64,000 bases of DNA from Eledone cirrhosa. Its lineage: Eukaryota. This document shows positions 1-14,031 of this stretch, in pieces (positions within the stretch are counted from its first letter, which is position 1; each line of letters starts with the position of its first letter). The notes beneath the pieces are model-generated. The model saw nothing but the letters and a program-made list of their open reading frames with translations, was not told the origin of the DNA and did not search any database. The stretch covers positions 23,233-87,232 of the forward strand of contig CAXHJY010000431.1 of NCBI GenBank assembly GCA_964016885.1, read 5' to 3'. The position numbers were made by a program, and so were the translations under genes.

Positions 1-1049
1 ATTTAACTTTTCAACACAATGCAACGCCATCAAGCCAAAAAAGGAAATCACGTATGAAAATGTTATTAAGTAAATAATAGTGCATTCTGCTTTGGTCGAC
101 TTTGCTTTTCATTCCCCCATTAGCTATAAATAAATAGACATGTACTGGAGATAGCTCAATTGATTTCTTTTCTTCATTGCAAGTGTTTAACCGTATGTCA
201 AAGTAACGAATTAATCTTATAGACTAAAATAATATCTCCCTTAGGTGTCATTTTTCACCGATCTGTGAGCTATTTAGTAGAATTAAAGGCAACCGTGATG
301 CGGTTTTAACCCTCGCTTGGAGCATTTATTTTATTTCACTCTCCTCATTGAGTCATTTGGAAAGCTGCACATCCCATTTCTTTCATTGTAAAACACGTGA
401 ATTAAAATTAAATGAAAGAAAATATTACTCACTACCAGCAGAAATTATTATAAGTATAACTAAACAGAAATGTTTTCCCCCTACAAACTTACATTTCATC
501 TGATCAGTTTTATGGAGCCTAAAGGTATTTCAAATTTGCGCTGGAGGTCAATTGACTTGAACTAACTCTTTTTTACATTAGAAACAATAGCCAAATACTT
601 TAAAATTGGCTCGAGCATTTATATGAAAGTCTACCGTTTCATATACATACATGGTCTCGTAGTGACATACGATGTTTCTTGGGCACTTTCTGAAAACCTG
701 GCGGAGCCCATCCCTCTCAGGGTCCAAACACAACAGATTTCGTTCAGAGAAGTAGAGAAAGTGAAAGAGAGGAAGTGATAAAGAGATATACAGGAAGAAT
801 CGACCTCATTCCTACACTAACACCTTTTATCGACCCTGAAAAGATGAAAAGCAAAGTTGATTTCGGTGGGATTTGAGCTCAGAGAACAGAGAGCTGGAAC
901 GACTACCGCAAAACATTCTATCCGACGTTCTAGCGACTCTGCCAATTCGTCGCCTACCATTTTATATATCTACAGTCATTTCATGATGGAATCTTTTAGA
1001 GAGTTAATCTGAAAACAAATACAGGAGAAAATATACAATAAACAATAAT

Positions 1050-1240
1050 TTTTTCTACTTTTGGCACAAGGCCAGCAATTATCCCAGTGCATTACTGGTA
1101 CTTTATTTTATCGACCCCCGTAAGGATGAAAGGCAAAGTTAACCTCGGCGGGATTTGAACTCAGATCATAAAGGGAGGTAACTCTATGCTTCAAAGCATG
1201 GCGCCCGACCCTCTAACGATACTGCCAATCTACCGCCCTA
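1050..1240 (-). mobile_element. tRNA-derived SINE (octopus-type SINE family)
   Basis: Core TCGACCCC-GTAAGGATGAAAGGCAAAGTTAACCTCGGCGGGATTTGAACTC; the reverse complement carries the B-box-like GAGTTCAAATCC. More degenerate copies at ~800-960, 1820-1995, 5500-5640, 16350-16455 and 36840-37000. Confidence 0.8.
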
Positions 1241-2024
1241 TACAATAATGCAAAGTAAAATTGTTATCAGGCATTCTTTTTTTTTTGTGATAGGAAAAAA
1301 ATAAAAAGACGAAATAATCGATTAATATGTCGTTTTAAGAAACACATTTTTGATTATTCTATAGAACAATTTAATCCTTTTCGCTGCAATAGTCCAGAGT
1401 GATTAGTTTGCAGACAGTATTTATTTTTCCCCCTTTTCAGAAGAGAATAACGGTAAAAAATTACGTATTAATATCAATCTTCAAAGTAAAATCGTATGAC
1501 AAAATTATAGAATTAAGTTTTATCTTGCGTGCCAGCCAGAATTTGTACTAAAAGAAATGTTGCACTTGTAATGTGTACTGAAAACTACGTCTCTTACTGT
1601 TTAGTTAGGGAGCAAGGTACAGTGCTCATGGCAGCTTTCAGAGCTGTAGAGCCTGGCGACAGAGTGTAAGAGATGTATCTTGGTCCGAATGCTTACAACA
1701 GAATGAATTCTGTTAAAAGCACCCAAGGGTTAGGTGGTGGTGTTAAACACGGTAATAGATTAAATCTACCACCCAAGGACCAGCTGGTAGTGTTAAACAG
1801 GGTGACAGATTAAGTTTACCACCCATGTGCGGAATTTGGTCTGAGAAAGCAAAGAGCTGAAACAAATACCACAGGGCATTTCGTCCGACACTCTAACATT
1901 TCCACCAGCCCACCACTCCCTGGTCTGATACTTTATTTTATCGATCTAGAAACGATGAAAGATAAAGTTGATCTCAAGGGGGATTTGAACTCAAATCGCA
2001 GATCTACTGTAACGCTGTCTTGTG

Positions 2025-2305
2025 TCGTGAAGATTATTTCTTTATAAGTGATGATGTCACGATATTGTATGTTGTGAAAACCATTTCTCTATATGCGATG
2101 ATGTCACTACATTGTGTTGTGAAAACTATTTCTCTAGATCTGCTGATATCACAACATCTTGTATTGTGAAGACTTTTTCTCTAGATCTGATGTCACAATA
2201 TTTTGTGTGGTGAATACTATTTCTCTAAATCTGATGATGTCACGATATTGTGTGTTGTGAATACTATTTCTCTAGATCTGATGATATCACGATAGTGTGT
2301 ATTCT
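2025..2305. repeat. Tandem repeat, ~47-bp unit
   Basis: About 6 imperfect copies of TGATGATGTCACGATATTGTGTGTTGTGAAGACTATTTCTCTAGATC. Confidence 0.8.
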
Positions 2306-3807
2306 GGAGTCTACTCGTTGACATATGATAATGGATAATATACTATATTTCGTGATGTATTTCTTGGGAATATTTTCTTTTCAAACTGCCATATTCTCCA
2401 ATAACAATTTTAGTACCAGTCTTGTTCACAAAAGTTTTAATACACTGTTTTAAATATTTTCATGTCTGAAATTCCAAATTGGTACCAGTATCAAATAGAA
2501 AATTTCACAAAATCAAAAATTGAAACTTTTAGTTGGATTGATAACATTTTTCAAGATTTTAAAACCGAATTTCAAGAATTGCAACCGACAGATAGTATTA
2601 GCGATGGAAAGAACAAATGAGACATTGTTTCTTTGGTTCCATCTGGAGGCTCGGCTGCTTTCATTTCTCCCGAGAGGAGTTGTGACCGACAGATTGTATT
2701 AGTAACGAAATGAACAAGGGAAACATTGTTTCCACTCTAGAGAATCGATTTCTTTTCTTTCTCTGCCAGGAGTTGTGGCCAATTGATAGTAATAGCAGAA
2801 GAACTAATGGAAACATTGTTTCTTGGGTCCGATCTGGAGGAGTGGCTTCTTTTCTTTTCTTTCTTTCAGTCTCGGTTTTTAAATTTTTGTAAAATTTTCT
2901 TTTTCTTTTTTTTTACGTTAAAATTTTAGATTCAGCCATTTATGGGTATAGTTTAAAAAACATTTCTCTTTTATCGATTTGGAATTTTAAACTGAGAAAA
3001 AAAAATTCAAAAACTTACTAAAAAAAGAGTCTGTCCTCCAATACCTTTCGTTCGTTACTTAATTCTCTTTTTTTTTCATTTTCTTCTTTCCCTCTCCTCT
3101 TTTTCGTTTCATTTAAATATTATTATTTTGTTCAACTTTACAATGTTATCTCATGAATGAATACATATTATATTACTCATCAAACATCAAACATCAAACA
3201 AAAAAGTTTTGCAAATGCTGTATGACGGAAACTATAGTCTCTCCATCTCTCCCTCTCTCTCTTCCTTTTCTCTCAGAGAACAGATAATAGTAATAGCAAG
3301 ACTATCGGAAATGATTTGAACACAGAACGACTGATATATGGAAAGCAAAGGCATTCTTTAATATCTATCTTGTTGCTAACCCTCCCAGGAAAGTCTTAGT
3401 GATTGGTTTACTGGCAGTAGCTTCTATTTTTAGTCTGAGCAGAAAACAATTCCAATATATATTACGTATAACATAAGGCAAAATAGGCTGTAATGGGATT
3501 TAAAATATCGAGGAGGAGATTAAGTAGATTTGCAGTGATTCACTGTGATTCACTGTGATTCACTGTGATGTACATTGTCATTGAAATTTCTCAGAGATAA
3601 ATCCGCACCCGCAAAAAAAGAAAAGAAAAGAGAACAAAACTAAACAGCTATGTATATTACATGCTTAGATATAAACCCTAGATTGTTTCAGAGCTGCGTG
3701 GAGAGTAGAAATACACGAATGATGTGTTGGGTTAGAATAGATCAACGTCGGTTTCGATTATAAGTGTTCCAGTTGTTTAATCAGCAGAACAGCCTGCTTG
3801 CAAATTT

Positions 3808-4320
3808 GTTGTTGTTTAGCCCTAGGTCAGGTCTGACTGAGCAGACATATGTTGGAATTTAGACCTAGGTTAACCCTGACTGAGAAGATATATGTTGGAG
3901 TTTAGCCCTAGGTCATTTCTGACTGAACAGATATATGTTGGAGCTTAGCCTAGGTTAACCCTGACTGAGAAGATATGTTTTTGTTAAATCGTAGGTTAAC
4001 CCTAATTAAACAGACATGTTGTTATTTAGCCCCAGAATACTAGAAATCATTATATTAATACAAGATATCGTTATTTAGCCCCAGGTTAACCCTGACTGAG
4101 AATTTATGTTGTTGTTTAGCCCTAGGGCGGTTATGATTGAGAAGATACATGTTATTATTTAGCCCTAGGTTAACCCTGACTGAACAGATATATCTGGAGT
4201 TTAGCCCTAGGTTAACCCTGACTGAACAGATATATGTTGTTGTTTAGCCGTATGGTATCCCTGACTAAGCAGACATATGTTGTTCTGTAGCCCCAAGTCA
4301 GTCATGACTGAACAAATGTA
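3808..4320. repeat. Tandem repeat, ~42-bp unit
   Basis: About 12 copies of GTTGTTTAGCCCTAGGTTAACCCTGACTGAACAGATATAT. Confidence 0.85.
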
Positions 4321-6594
4321 CGATCAAGTCATTCCATTTAGAGTCTTTTCAGCGGAAATCTTGGGCCACGATATCTTAGACAATGTCCATTATTTGAGAA
4401 AGTAAGGTTTTATACGAGGGAGATTAGGACCCTATCTCTAACAGGCTGTACGATCGTGTCGATCAGGAAATCCACAAATTTTTAGACCATCGAACTCTTC
4501 ATGGTATCCTTGACTCCTCATCGACACTGGCGCGTACATAAATAAATATGTAAATAAATAGATAAATCAGTAAACCGTATATAACATAATTAGATAATAG
4601 TGAAAATATATAAATCAGAAACCTGTATAAACAAGTTGTATTTTATTGAATCATTTTATGTATTTTCATTTCTTATACAAATGTTAGATTTTGGCCTAAA
4701 GCTTCAATGGATTCCCTATGTAATTCCATCACACCTGTGGGTCGATATCGACCTCTTTGGGGAGCCTGTAGAGATTCCTTGTTTCCACCTGTGATTGCCA
4801 GTGTAAGGCTAAGTTGTAAACTTGTGTTTAAGGTAAAGTATCAATGGCACAATAGTGAGTCACGTCCAATAATGGTGTTAAATTAAGTCATTGATATTAT
4901 GGTAATTTGAGAGAAGAATATTGATCCACAGTTCATAGCGAATGGTTATGTTGAGCAAAAGAAGATATCTTTCTTTTTATTGATTGTTGCAATGTTATCT
5001 GCAATACTAAAACATTCCGCTAGCCCATATACTGGCAATCTTGTTCCATTACGTAAGTGGTCATTGGCAGCAATTACTGAATCACACACTTTATGGAACA
5101 TTCAGTTACATCACTTATGCAATTTGAAATTATTAAACTGACACATCGGTTTAGCAATTTGTTAGTCTATTACCGGTGTTTAGCCATATATGTCCCGAAT
5201 GAATAATTACCCGTCAGGTCATTGTTGGACCGATATATCGGAGTATGGATGACATATAAGATTTTCTTTGAAAAAAGGAATGACGGAATAATTGGATAAG
5301 TTTGCCGAATTATTGATTATGAATATATTGCTGTTTAGTTAAGGAAGTAAGAGCAGTGTCTAACAGTCTTCTCAGAGCATCCACGACTACATGGAGAAGG
5401 AAGAAGCTATCTCTATACCGGATACATGAGATCTGTTGAAAGCATCCAAGGACCAGAGGGTGGTGCTAAACTGGTCAGTAGATTAAGTCTAACAGCCAAC
5501 AACTCAGAACGCAAAGAGCCGGATCAAACACCGCAAGGTATCTCAAGGTATCGATGCCCAGAAGATTCCGCCAATACGTTGTCTTAGACTGATACTTTAT
5601 TTCTTCGATCCTGAAAGGAAAGATGACAGGCAATGTTGGTATGTCTCCGAGCTTGTATCACTCATGCAATCTAAAATTATTAAACTGACACGTCGATTTA
5701 ACAATTTGCTAGTCTATTACCGGTGTTTAGCTATACATGTCCCGAATAAATAGTTAACCGCCTGACCTTTGTTGCACCTATGCGTATGTAGAAAATAACA
5801 TGCAACAAATGTGGTGGCTCATACATTGGAAACAGTGGCTCCAAACTACACATGCAGATTAATAGACATGTGCCTCTTCTGTTACAAAAAGAAAGATCAC
5901 ATAAAAATGTCCCACCATTAAGGCCACTGAATGAAACATCAGAAACTTACGAATAAAGGAGGCAATCCTCATCAATAGATTAAAACGGGTATGGACTGAG
6001 ATGAAGTGATTCCAGGAAAGATATGTTGAGTTGAAAGATTGTATTGAATGTGTTGCTGTGAGGACTTAATTGTTGTTTAGCTGAATTGGAGATGAAATTA
6101 ATTTGGATAAATTGAGTTATACCAAAGAACACGTGACTAGCGCGTTTAACGTTCTCGGTAAAAACTCGTTCATACCCCCCCCCCCCCCGCACCCAATTTT
6201 GTTGTTGATGAAAAACGAACAGCAAAATGAACAGGAAAAAAAAAAGATTTAGCATCCATTGTGTAAAATAAAGTTATTTATTTGTCAATCTGAGATTTGA
6301 AACAGCATTCAAATCTTCAGATGCTTTGTATTAACAGAAAAAATGATCATAAAAATTTGAATCAGTAATGTAATGAACTATAGTATTACAGAAATATGAT
6401 TATAACGAGTTAAAATGAGCCATGGTGTCTGTGTAGAGATGTATCATGTGAAATAGTTGGTCAAAATCAAACTGTGTGACTTGTGATGTGTATAGAAAAG
6501 CTCGTAAAACATGAAAGAAAGAGAAATGGAGAGAGAGAGAGAGAAAGGGAGAGTGTGAGAGAGAGAGCGAAGGAGTGTGCGTGAGAGAGAGAGA

Positions 6595-6677
<83 letters not shown>

Positions 6678-7429
6678 AGAGAGAGAGGGTCTAAAGATTT
6701 GAGTGCAGTGAATTTGAAAGAGAATATGATACAACCACTAGGCTATGGCTGACCAGTAGTGGCGAAATTGCGAAGACACAGCTGCTGCAAAATTTGCTTT
6801 TTACAGGAGAAAGGCAATATCATTCGCCACAAAATGAAATACACCATAGTGAGTACAGTAATAAAATTAATTAACATATTATTTCACTACAAGTTTAAGA
6901 CCTGATTAACAGCAGACTCGAATTACATGGAGCCAATTAACTCTTGCAGTCTGCGTATGTCACCACCCTTCCTACAAAGAAAAGGTTATCTCACCATCAC
7001 TACCACGCCCCATTTTCTTTCTTTTGAAAAAGACGATTTTAACACCAAAATATCATGGAATATAAAATAAAAGTTTAAACTGTTGTTTTGTTTGTCTCCA
7101 GTTTCACCCCTTCATTTCTAACTTGCATTGTACTAGCTTTTCTACAACAATCCTAACCATGTGTTAGTTAAAATAAACTAACTGATGAACGGCATCACAG
7201 TCGGTTCTGATGACATGTGTTCTAGCTGTTCGATCAACAGAACTGATTGCCTGGAAAGTTAATGTGCAAGTGATTGAGCATTCCACACTTAACGCATTTC
7301 TGACAGAGATTTAGTATGACTGAGTGTGACAAATCACATGGTTTGAATTACAGGTACAACTCGTTTTTTTCTAGCTGAGTGGACTGGTGCACTGCAAAAT
7401 AAAGTGTCTTGCTAAGGAAGACAACGTGA

Positions 7430-9050
7430 GAAGCGTTAATTTATTCTCCAGGTGTAGTTTGATGCATCGCAACAGTTTTTTTCTTCAAATTAATTGTGAG
7501 AAAAAATCGTCACGTATAGAATCAAACGCACTAATCAGGTTCTGTAAGCCTTTCTCAGAGTGACTTATTAGGTCACAATCGTCTGCGTATAAAAAATCAC
7601 GTACCAGAGAGGTAAAAACATTGAATTTGAAGTTCATTCTTGTCAGATTGAACACACTATCAGTACAGAAGTATCGTATATAGATGCCATTTGTTGAAAT
7701 TGCATTTGATAGAATAGCTGCATAATACATGGCGAAGAGTGCTAGTGCTTCGAGATTACCTTGCTTAACTCCATTTTCAACTGGAAATAGTTTAGATAGG
7801 GTTCCACCAAAATTAACCCGGGCTCTCATATCCTTATGGAAAGCCATGGTTATACATACAAACGTTTCAGGACTACTATATTTCTTCAGCACTAGTCACA
7901 GTGCATTAATGTTAACCGTATCAAAATATTTTCTAAGATCCTCAAAACAATGGTATAAACTCATGCTTTGTTCGTTGCATTTCTCTTGCAGCTGCCAGAT
8001 GTGAAATCATATCAACTGCCCCCCCCCCCACCCCCCGAGAAGTGCGGAAGCCACAATATGACTCCGATACATGAGTTTATCAAGGCACTCTAAGGGAACA
8101 CGAGAAAGCGCCTTTCCAACGACTGACAACAAAGATATTCCACGGAAATTTCCACATACGTCCTTGGGACTAGATTTTTACAGGGTAACGAGAATAACAT
8201 CAACTCAGTCTTGAGGCCCCTCCTCTTTTCTCCAGTAGTTTACAATTTCAGAGTGAAGTAATTCGGTCATTCTCTTTCACTGAGACTTTAAAGTTTCTGA
8301 GCTAATGCCATCAATAACCGGGGCTTTAATGTTATTGATTTTCTTTTACAGCTGCTGTTGGCTCAACAGACATTTCTTTGACAACAGGAAGGCCAACCAT
8401 TTCCTCAATTATTCTCATATTTACATTTGACCGTCTATTGAGAAGATCAGAATAGTGATGTACCTGTCGCTTTTGTATAACATCAGTAAAGATCTGTTGG
8501 ACGCCAACAGATCTCATTGCTGCTATAGATGTTGGTCTATGACCAAAAACCTCTTTTACAAAAGAGAAGGCCTTTGCATCTTTACAGTCAATAGCAGCAT
8601 GTATATCTTTTGCCTTTTGGTGTCACCATTTATTTTTAATTTTTCGGAGACCACACTCAATTTTAAAACTCAATAAATTTAGATATATCTTGGTTAGGTT
8701 TATTTGATTTAGAATGTTTTTGTTTAGATGAAAGAATATTAGTAATTTCCAAGTCATTGTCGATAAACTAATTTGTTACTTTCTTTGATATGTAGTCCAA
8801 AGTGGAAGATGCTACATTATTGACTTGTAATTTGAAATTCTCTCATGGATTTTCTTGTTCGAGTGAGACACTTATTGCATCATCACGAAACGAAAGTTTT
8901 GCAATAAAGTGGGGAATATTAAGGTTAGCTATGCTAATTCTCTTTCGTACGCTAATTTTGGGCAGGATTGAAAAATTAAACTTCCCTCTCACTAGCCTAT
9001 GGTCTGTCAGCATTCTGTTCCTTTCATAGCTTTTTAACTTCCAGCATTTA
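7430..9050 (-). mobile_element. Degenerate RTE-clade LINE (end of APE endonuclease plus RT)
   Basis: ORF 7485-7892 has GVKQG and RDFLYADDC RT motifs; TDHRLV APE-end motif near 9000; stops and frameshifts present. Confidence 0.85.
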
Positions 9051-9080
9051 AAAAAATATTTGCTTAAATACGGATTTCAT

Positions 9081-9180
9081 TACATTTTCTTTTGGAAAGG
9101 TGTAGAAGAGGGTCAAAGAAGAGAATCAGGTGTTGGAGTGGCTGTTAGAATCTCTTTCATCTCATCTTTTGAGAATCTAG
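9081..9180 (+). mobile_element. Inverted 5' fragment of RTE APE endonuclease
   Basis: Translates as YIFFWKGVEEGQRRESGVGVAVR, a typical RTE APE N-terminal motif, on the strand opposite the adjacent RT. Confidence 0.7.
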
Positions 9181-9554
9181 TAATTCCTTTTAACCCATAG
9201 AAGTTAATTAGACAAATAATCAACTAAAAGGAATGACTAGATAATTTAATCTGACTGTTCCTTGCGGAAAATAGTCTGTATCATTTATCTATTATTTCTT
9301 CATAGTTACATTTTAAACTAATAACCTCGTTTAAATGATTATTTATATGGTTGATTTCTGCGGACTAGGGTGAGGAAAGACTGTATATTTTATCTAATAA
9401 TTTTTCAAACTTGCAATTTTATATATAGCTCTGATTAATAATTATTTTTCTTAATTAACTTTTTTCATTGAGCCATACCGCGAAAGGTAGCCACACTCAT
9501 ATATGTATCTGTGACTATGTCTAAATATATACATATATGCTCCCTATGAATTTA

Positions 9555-9627
<73 letters not shown>

Positions 9628-10779
9628 CACTATCTATCTCTCTCTTTCTCTCTCTCGCTCTCTCTATATATATATTGAAAAACAATACAAGGCCCAAGGC
9701 AGAACTGGAAATATTCTTTAAAATTTTTATGTTGCGAAAATGCTATACGCATTTCAATGGGTTAGTTACATCATCCGATCATGACGAAATCAAGTATGGA
9801 TTGAACAATTAGTTAATTGATAACAAAATTGCGGTAAACAAACAGAGAATAGAGAATAGATTTAATTCAGAGATGGCTCACCAATTCGGTGTCACTATTG
9901 TGGCAAACCATCTCCGAATGTCACACACTCGGCAATACTAAACATTGTAGGTTGGAAGCTCGACCAAGGGGGTTGGGGGTTGTTTGGTGGCGACCTAAAT
10001 TCTTCTGTCCTCAGAAAATGCCACTCCATTAATCAGAATCAAGCAGTCCGCTGCTACAGAGGTTTAGGGGTACTAAACTTTCTGTCAGCAGACCCTGGCC
10101 GAAAAACAGTTTAGGCTTCATTGGTTTGAATCACATGAAATGTTCATGCAAATAAACATTTTTGTAACCTCGCTAGAAATTTTAGAAGCGGTGATTTGTT
10201 CACAATTAGTCTTAGCAAAACAAGGGAGAGCACCCTAACGGCACCGTTTCAGGTTTTTTAACCGTCGTCAGAGGCGGTAACTACTTCTTGGATGCTAAGA
10301 CGAAAATAAGCTAAAACCTTATAATTTTTATGCTTATGAATATCGGTTGGCAACACCATCACCAATAACAGCAACAACAATAAAAATGGCAACGACATCA
10401 GCAACAATAACAACCTTGAGTCTACCCAGTTCTAATTCCTCTACTGACGTTTTTTTTCTTTTATCACTCCAAAATCGAATGAGAATTACCAATAATATAA
10501 TAGTGCAATTTCAATTGAGTACACACATACCAATAACAAAATTAGATGTTATGTTCAACCGAAAGAAATCAATATTAATATCAGTTGAACTTTTAAATGC
10601 TTTTTCTTAATCGTTTCGTCCTTCAACGGAATGACAGTTTACAGAGATCAGAAAATCAGTATTTGAAGAGTAGAATACTAAACAACTAATATTCCTACGT
10701 CTACATTGACATGATATGATATACTGTATGTATGTATGTATGTATGTATGTATGTATGTATGTATGTATGTATGTATGT

Positions 10780-11497
10780 ACGCTAACATCTCTGCTGATA
10801 CATGGGAAAATATTGCTGCTGATCGTAATAAATGAAGAAAGACTGTATATGAGGGAAAAGTTGCCTTTGAGGCATCTCGAATAGCATACGAGAAAGTAAA
10901 GCGGGATGCGAGGAAGGGCATTGCTGTTGCACTTCCAGACGACGAGGGTCCTCCTATGGTGCTGACATGCAGCGTCTGTGCGAGACTCTGCCTAAGCAAA
11001 GCTGGACTCGAACGTCATCTTCGCAGTCATAAAGTAAAACCAGTGGTTGACTACCAGGCTGCTGTTGGAGATGCTACTCATCATGCTTGCCAAACATGTG
11101 GTAGAGAATGTAAATCAACAGGAGGGCTCAAGCGACATGCAAAATTACATGAACTCGAACCACAGCCGGCTATTCCCAGTGAATGTTTTGGTTGCCGACT
11201 CTGTGCAAGACATTTTAGATCATTGACTGGGCTAAAAAGCCACATTCGATCGCAGCGCTGTTAGTTGCTATCGTGTGTGTGTGTGTGTGTATAGATATGT
11301 TTATGTGTGTGCGTGTGTGTGTATATATATATGTATATGTATATTATTATTGTTGTTGTTGTCGTTATTATTATTGTCGTTATTATTATTATTATTGTTA
11401 TTAATGTATATGTGTGTATGTATATATATATATGTGTGTATGTATGTATGTGTGTGTGTGTATATATATATATATTTATTTTTTTATTTTATTTTAT

Positions 11498-11528
<31 letters not shown>

Positions 11529-11555
11529 CCTCGTGCAATGGCCATACTCGATAAC

Positions 11556-11560
<5 letters not shown>
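10780..11560 (+). mobile_element. RTE-like LINE 3' end with three C2H2 zinc fingers
   Basis: WENIAADR..(W>*)R RTE C-terminal motif, then ORF 10956-11264 with CSVC..H..H, CQTC..H..H and CRLC..H fingers; flanked by (TATG)n. Confidence 0.7.
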
Positions 11561-11586
<26 letters not shown>

Positions 11587-11611
11587 TGTATGTATGTATG
11601 TATGTATGTAT

Positions 11612-12800
11612 GTTTTCTCTTTCTCTTAATTTCGAGTATATTTTTTTGACCGGCCACCTTCCTGGTGGCAAGGTTGTAAAAGAAAAGAAATTGTCATCCC
11701 TTGAATCGCAAGAATGTTTTGCATATTTTGAAGGTGCCAGCTATCGCAGCCATTTGTAGACTATGAATTAGGGAGCTGCGCTTTTTGTCCGCAAATCCAA
11801 GTTCTGTCATACTTTGGTCCAAGCGGGTTGGTATATAACCCGTAGCACCAATAATGATGGGTATGAAGCTAAAGGTGTATCTTGGATACTGGATTTGTAA
11901 GCTCCTCATCAATGGTCCGTAGATGTCCTCCTTCTCCTGTATTTTTCTGACAACGTTTACATCAAGTGGGCAGCTGATCTCCACAACAGAACACGTTTTC
12001 AATGTGTGGTCCCAAACTACAATATCAGGCCGGTTGTGCTTTAATTTGGTGGCAGTTTTTATTTTCAGGTTCCACCAGTATTCCTTAGTGCCATCTGTCT
12101 CAATATATTCTTCCTCGTTTGTTGTTAATTTTGTTTTCCGAAGTGCGTTCCAGATAGTTCTAGCTATCCCATCGTGTCTCATGGGGAGGTAGTAGCGAGA
12201 TGACATTCTTTCGCAGCTGGCAACAATGTGGCTTACATCCTCGATCTTTGTTTTACATAGCCTACATTTATTGTCAGCTGCTGGCCCTCCTCTTTTGTGC
12301 AGCAGATATTTGGTAGGGAGTTCTTGTTCCTGTATTGCATAGAGATATCCCTCAAGGTGTGATGTCATAAACTTGTCGGAACTCCATGCCAGGCTTTTTG
12401 AGTGGTTTATCCCCTCTATGGTCTGTGTTTTACGCCTCAAGTATCCATGCACAACTTTCTCTGTAAATTGGTCAATTTTTTTTTCTTGTTTGAACATTGA
12501 ATAGGATCTTCCGATTTCTCTGGGTGAGAGATTTATATCAGGCTTTATTCCATATCTCTCCTCCAGATCAGTCGCTATTCTAATGATATTTCTTTTTTCA
12601 TGCTCATAAACCTGAGCAAGATGGTCGCCAACCTTTTTCCTCTGTTGAAGGTGTTGCTTCAGTGTTACTATCCGGGTCTCATATGTTGTTAATATTGATT
12701 TTAGACCCCGGCCACCTTCCTTGCGTGAGAAGTATAGCCTATCCACATCACCATTGATGTTAAAGTTCCCAGTAACACTGAGAAGTTTACGAGTTCTAAC
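11612..12800 (-). mobile_element. R4/Dong-like non-LTR element, 3' part (CCHC knuckle plus restriction-like endonuclease, REL)
   Basis: Uninterrupted ORF 11694-12800 with CRLC..EDVSHIVASC, RHD, RPDIVV..VEISCP and EK..Y motifs; (TATG)n on both sides. Confidence 0.85.
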
Positions 12801-13388
12801 GTATGTATGTATGTATGTATGTATGTATGTATGTATGTGAGTATGTATGTATGTATTACAAAGTGAAATGACAGGAGGCGCCAAATATATTGAATTTCCT
12901 TATTATTTTATTAATGCAAACACTATGCACATTTCAGTGGTTGCGTAAGAACCCGGTGAATTGCGTAATAGATGCATACAACGGAATGGTGGTAGACTTT
13001 GAGGAAACAAGTACAGAAAAAAAGAGAGGAAAAAATGTGTGTTTATGTTTTTGATTCAGATACTATCCGCTTTGGGTTCCACTTATAGTTCAATGTTAGA
13101 AGTAAGGTATGGCGGTTAACAACACCTGACTAAAGTGATGCTCCCCCCCCCCACTCACAGGGCTCAACGGTCGACCGAACGTTCCGAGTAATTATGGTTT
13201 ACCGTAGAAAAGGGAAATTTAATTTATTTCCAAGCACTCAAGGAGGCGGACATAGCCAGCCAGTGTCCTAATATATGCCATGTATTCGTAGCTAGTGAAC
13301 TATACACAATCCTAAGCTGTCCACACAGGCAAGGTACTTACATTCAAACCATGCTATCAATACTATATGAAGACACTACCGTGTATCA

Positions 13389-13409
13389 TCTATATATATA
13401 AAACTGAGG

Positions 13410-13485
<76 letters not shown>

Positions 13486-14031
13486 CCTCAAAACTCGAGA
13501 AGCACCCAACCGATTTTTTTGAAACTTTACATGTGTATTACTTATGTTTCAGGGAGTGTTATGCACATAAAAGTCAACATTTTGATCCCGCATTAGGTGA
13601 AAAACTGTGATTTTCAGCTTTTTAGGTTTTTTATGAGGCGTTACATCAGACCGATTTCCGTGAAATTGTAACTATGTATTAGTCAGTCTCTTCTTCATAC
13701 CGTGAGCAAAGAAAATCCAACTTGTTTATGGCTTAGGGCCCTTTTTAGGGCTTTTTTGAGGCGTTACGTCTAGCCGATTTTCCCAGAAATTTCAAGGCAT
13801 ATTATGCACATAAAAAAATTCATTTTCTTGATCCCCTAGGGCCCGCATTAGGTGAAAACCTGCATTTTTCCTCCTTCATCGAGGAAAATCTTAAAGATTA
13901 TCCAGCCATCTGAGTATTCGGCTTATTTTCTTTACATATTGTCCAAGCATGCAGTTTTTCCACGATTAGGTCTGTTGGCGGCTCGCGTTCCAAAATACCT
14001 TACCCCGTGCAACGCCGGGTGCCACTGCTAG
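13389..14031 (+). mobile_element. Non-autonomous Helitron
   Basis: A|TCTATATATATAAAACTGAG 5' end; 3' hairpin CCCCGTGCAACGCCGGG then CTAG|T. Confidence 0.8.

Noticed and set aside
2025-2305. Tandem repeat containing CTGATGA and GAAA-like words, as a possible ribozyme satellite
   Set aside because: No stem II pairing compatible with a free GAAA; GAAA is not conserved between units.
3808-4320. CRISPR-like array
   Set aside because: Contiguous tandem units with no unique spacers; eukaryotic context and no cas genes.
5949-6080. Minus-strand exon-like segment with AG and GTAAGT boundaries
   Set aside because: Stops in all three frames and no supporting homology.
7182-7215. Two CTGATGA words
   Set aside because: No downstream GAAA or stem architecture.
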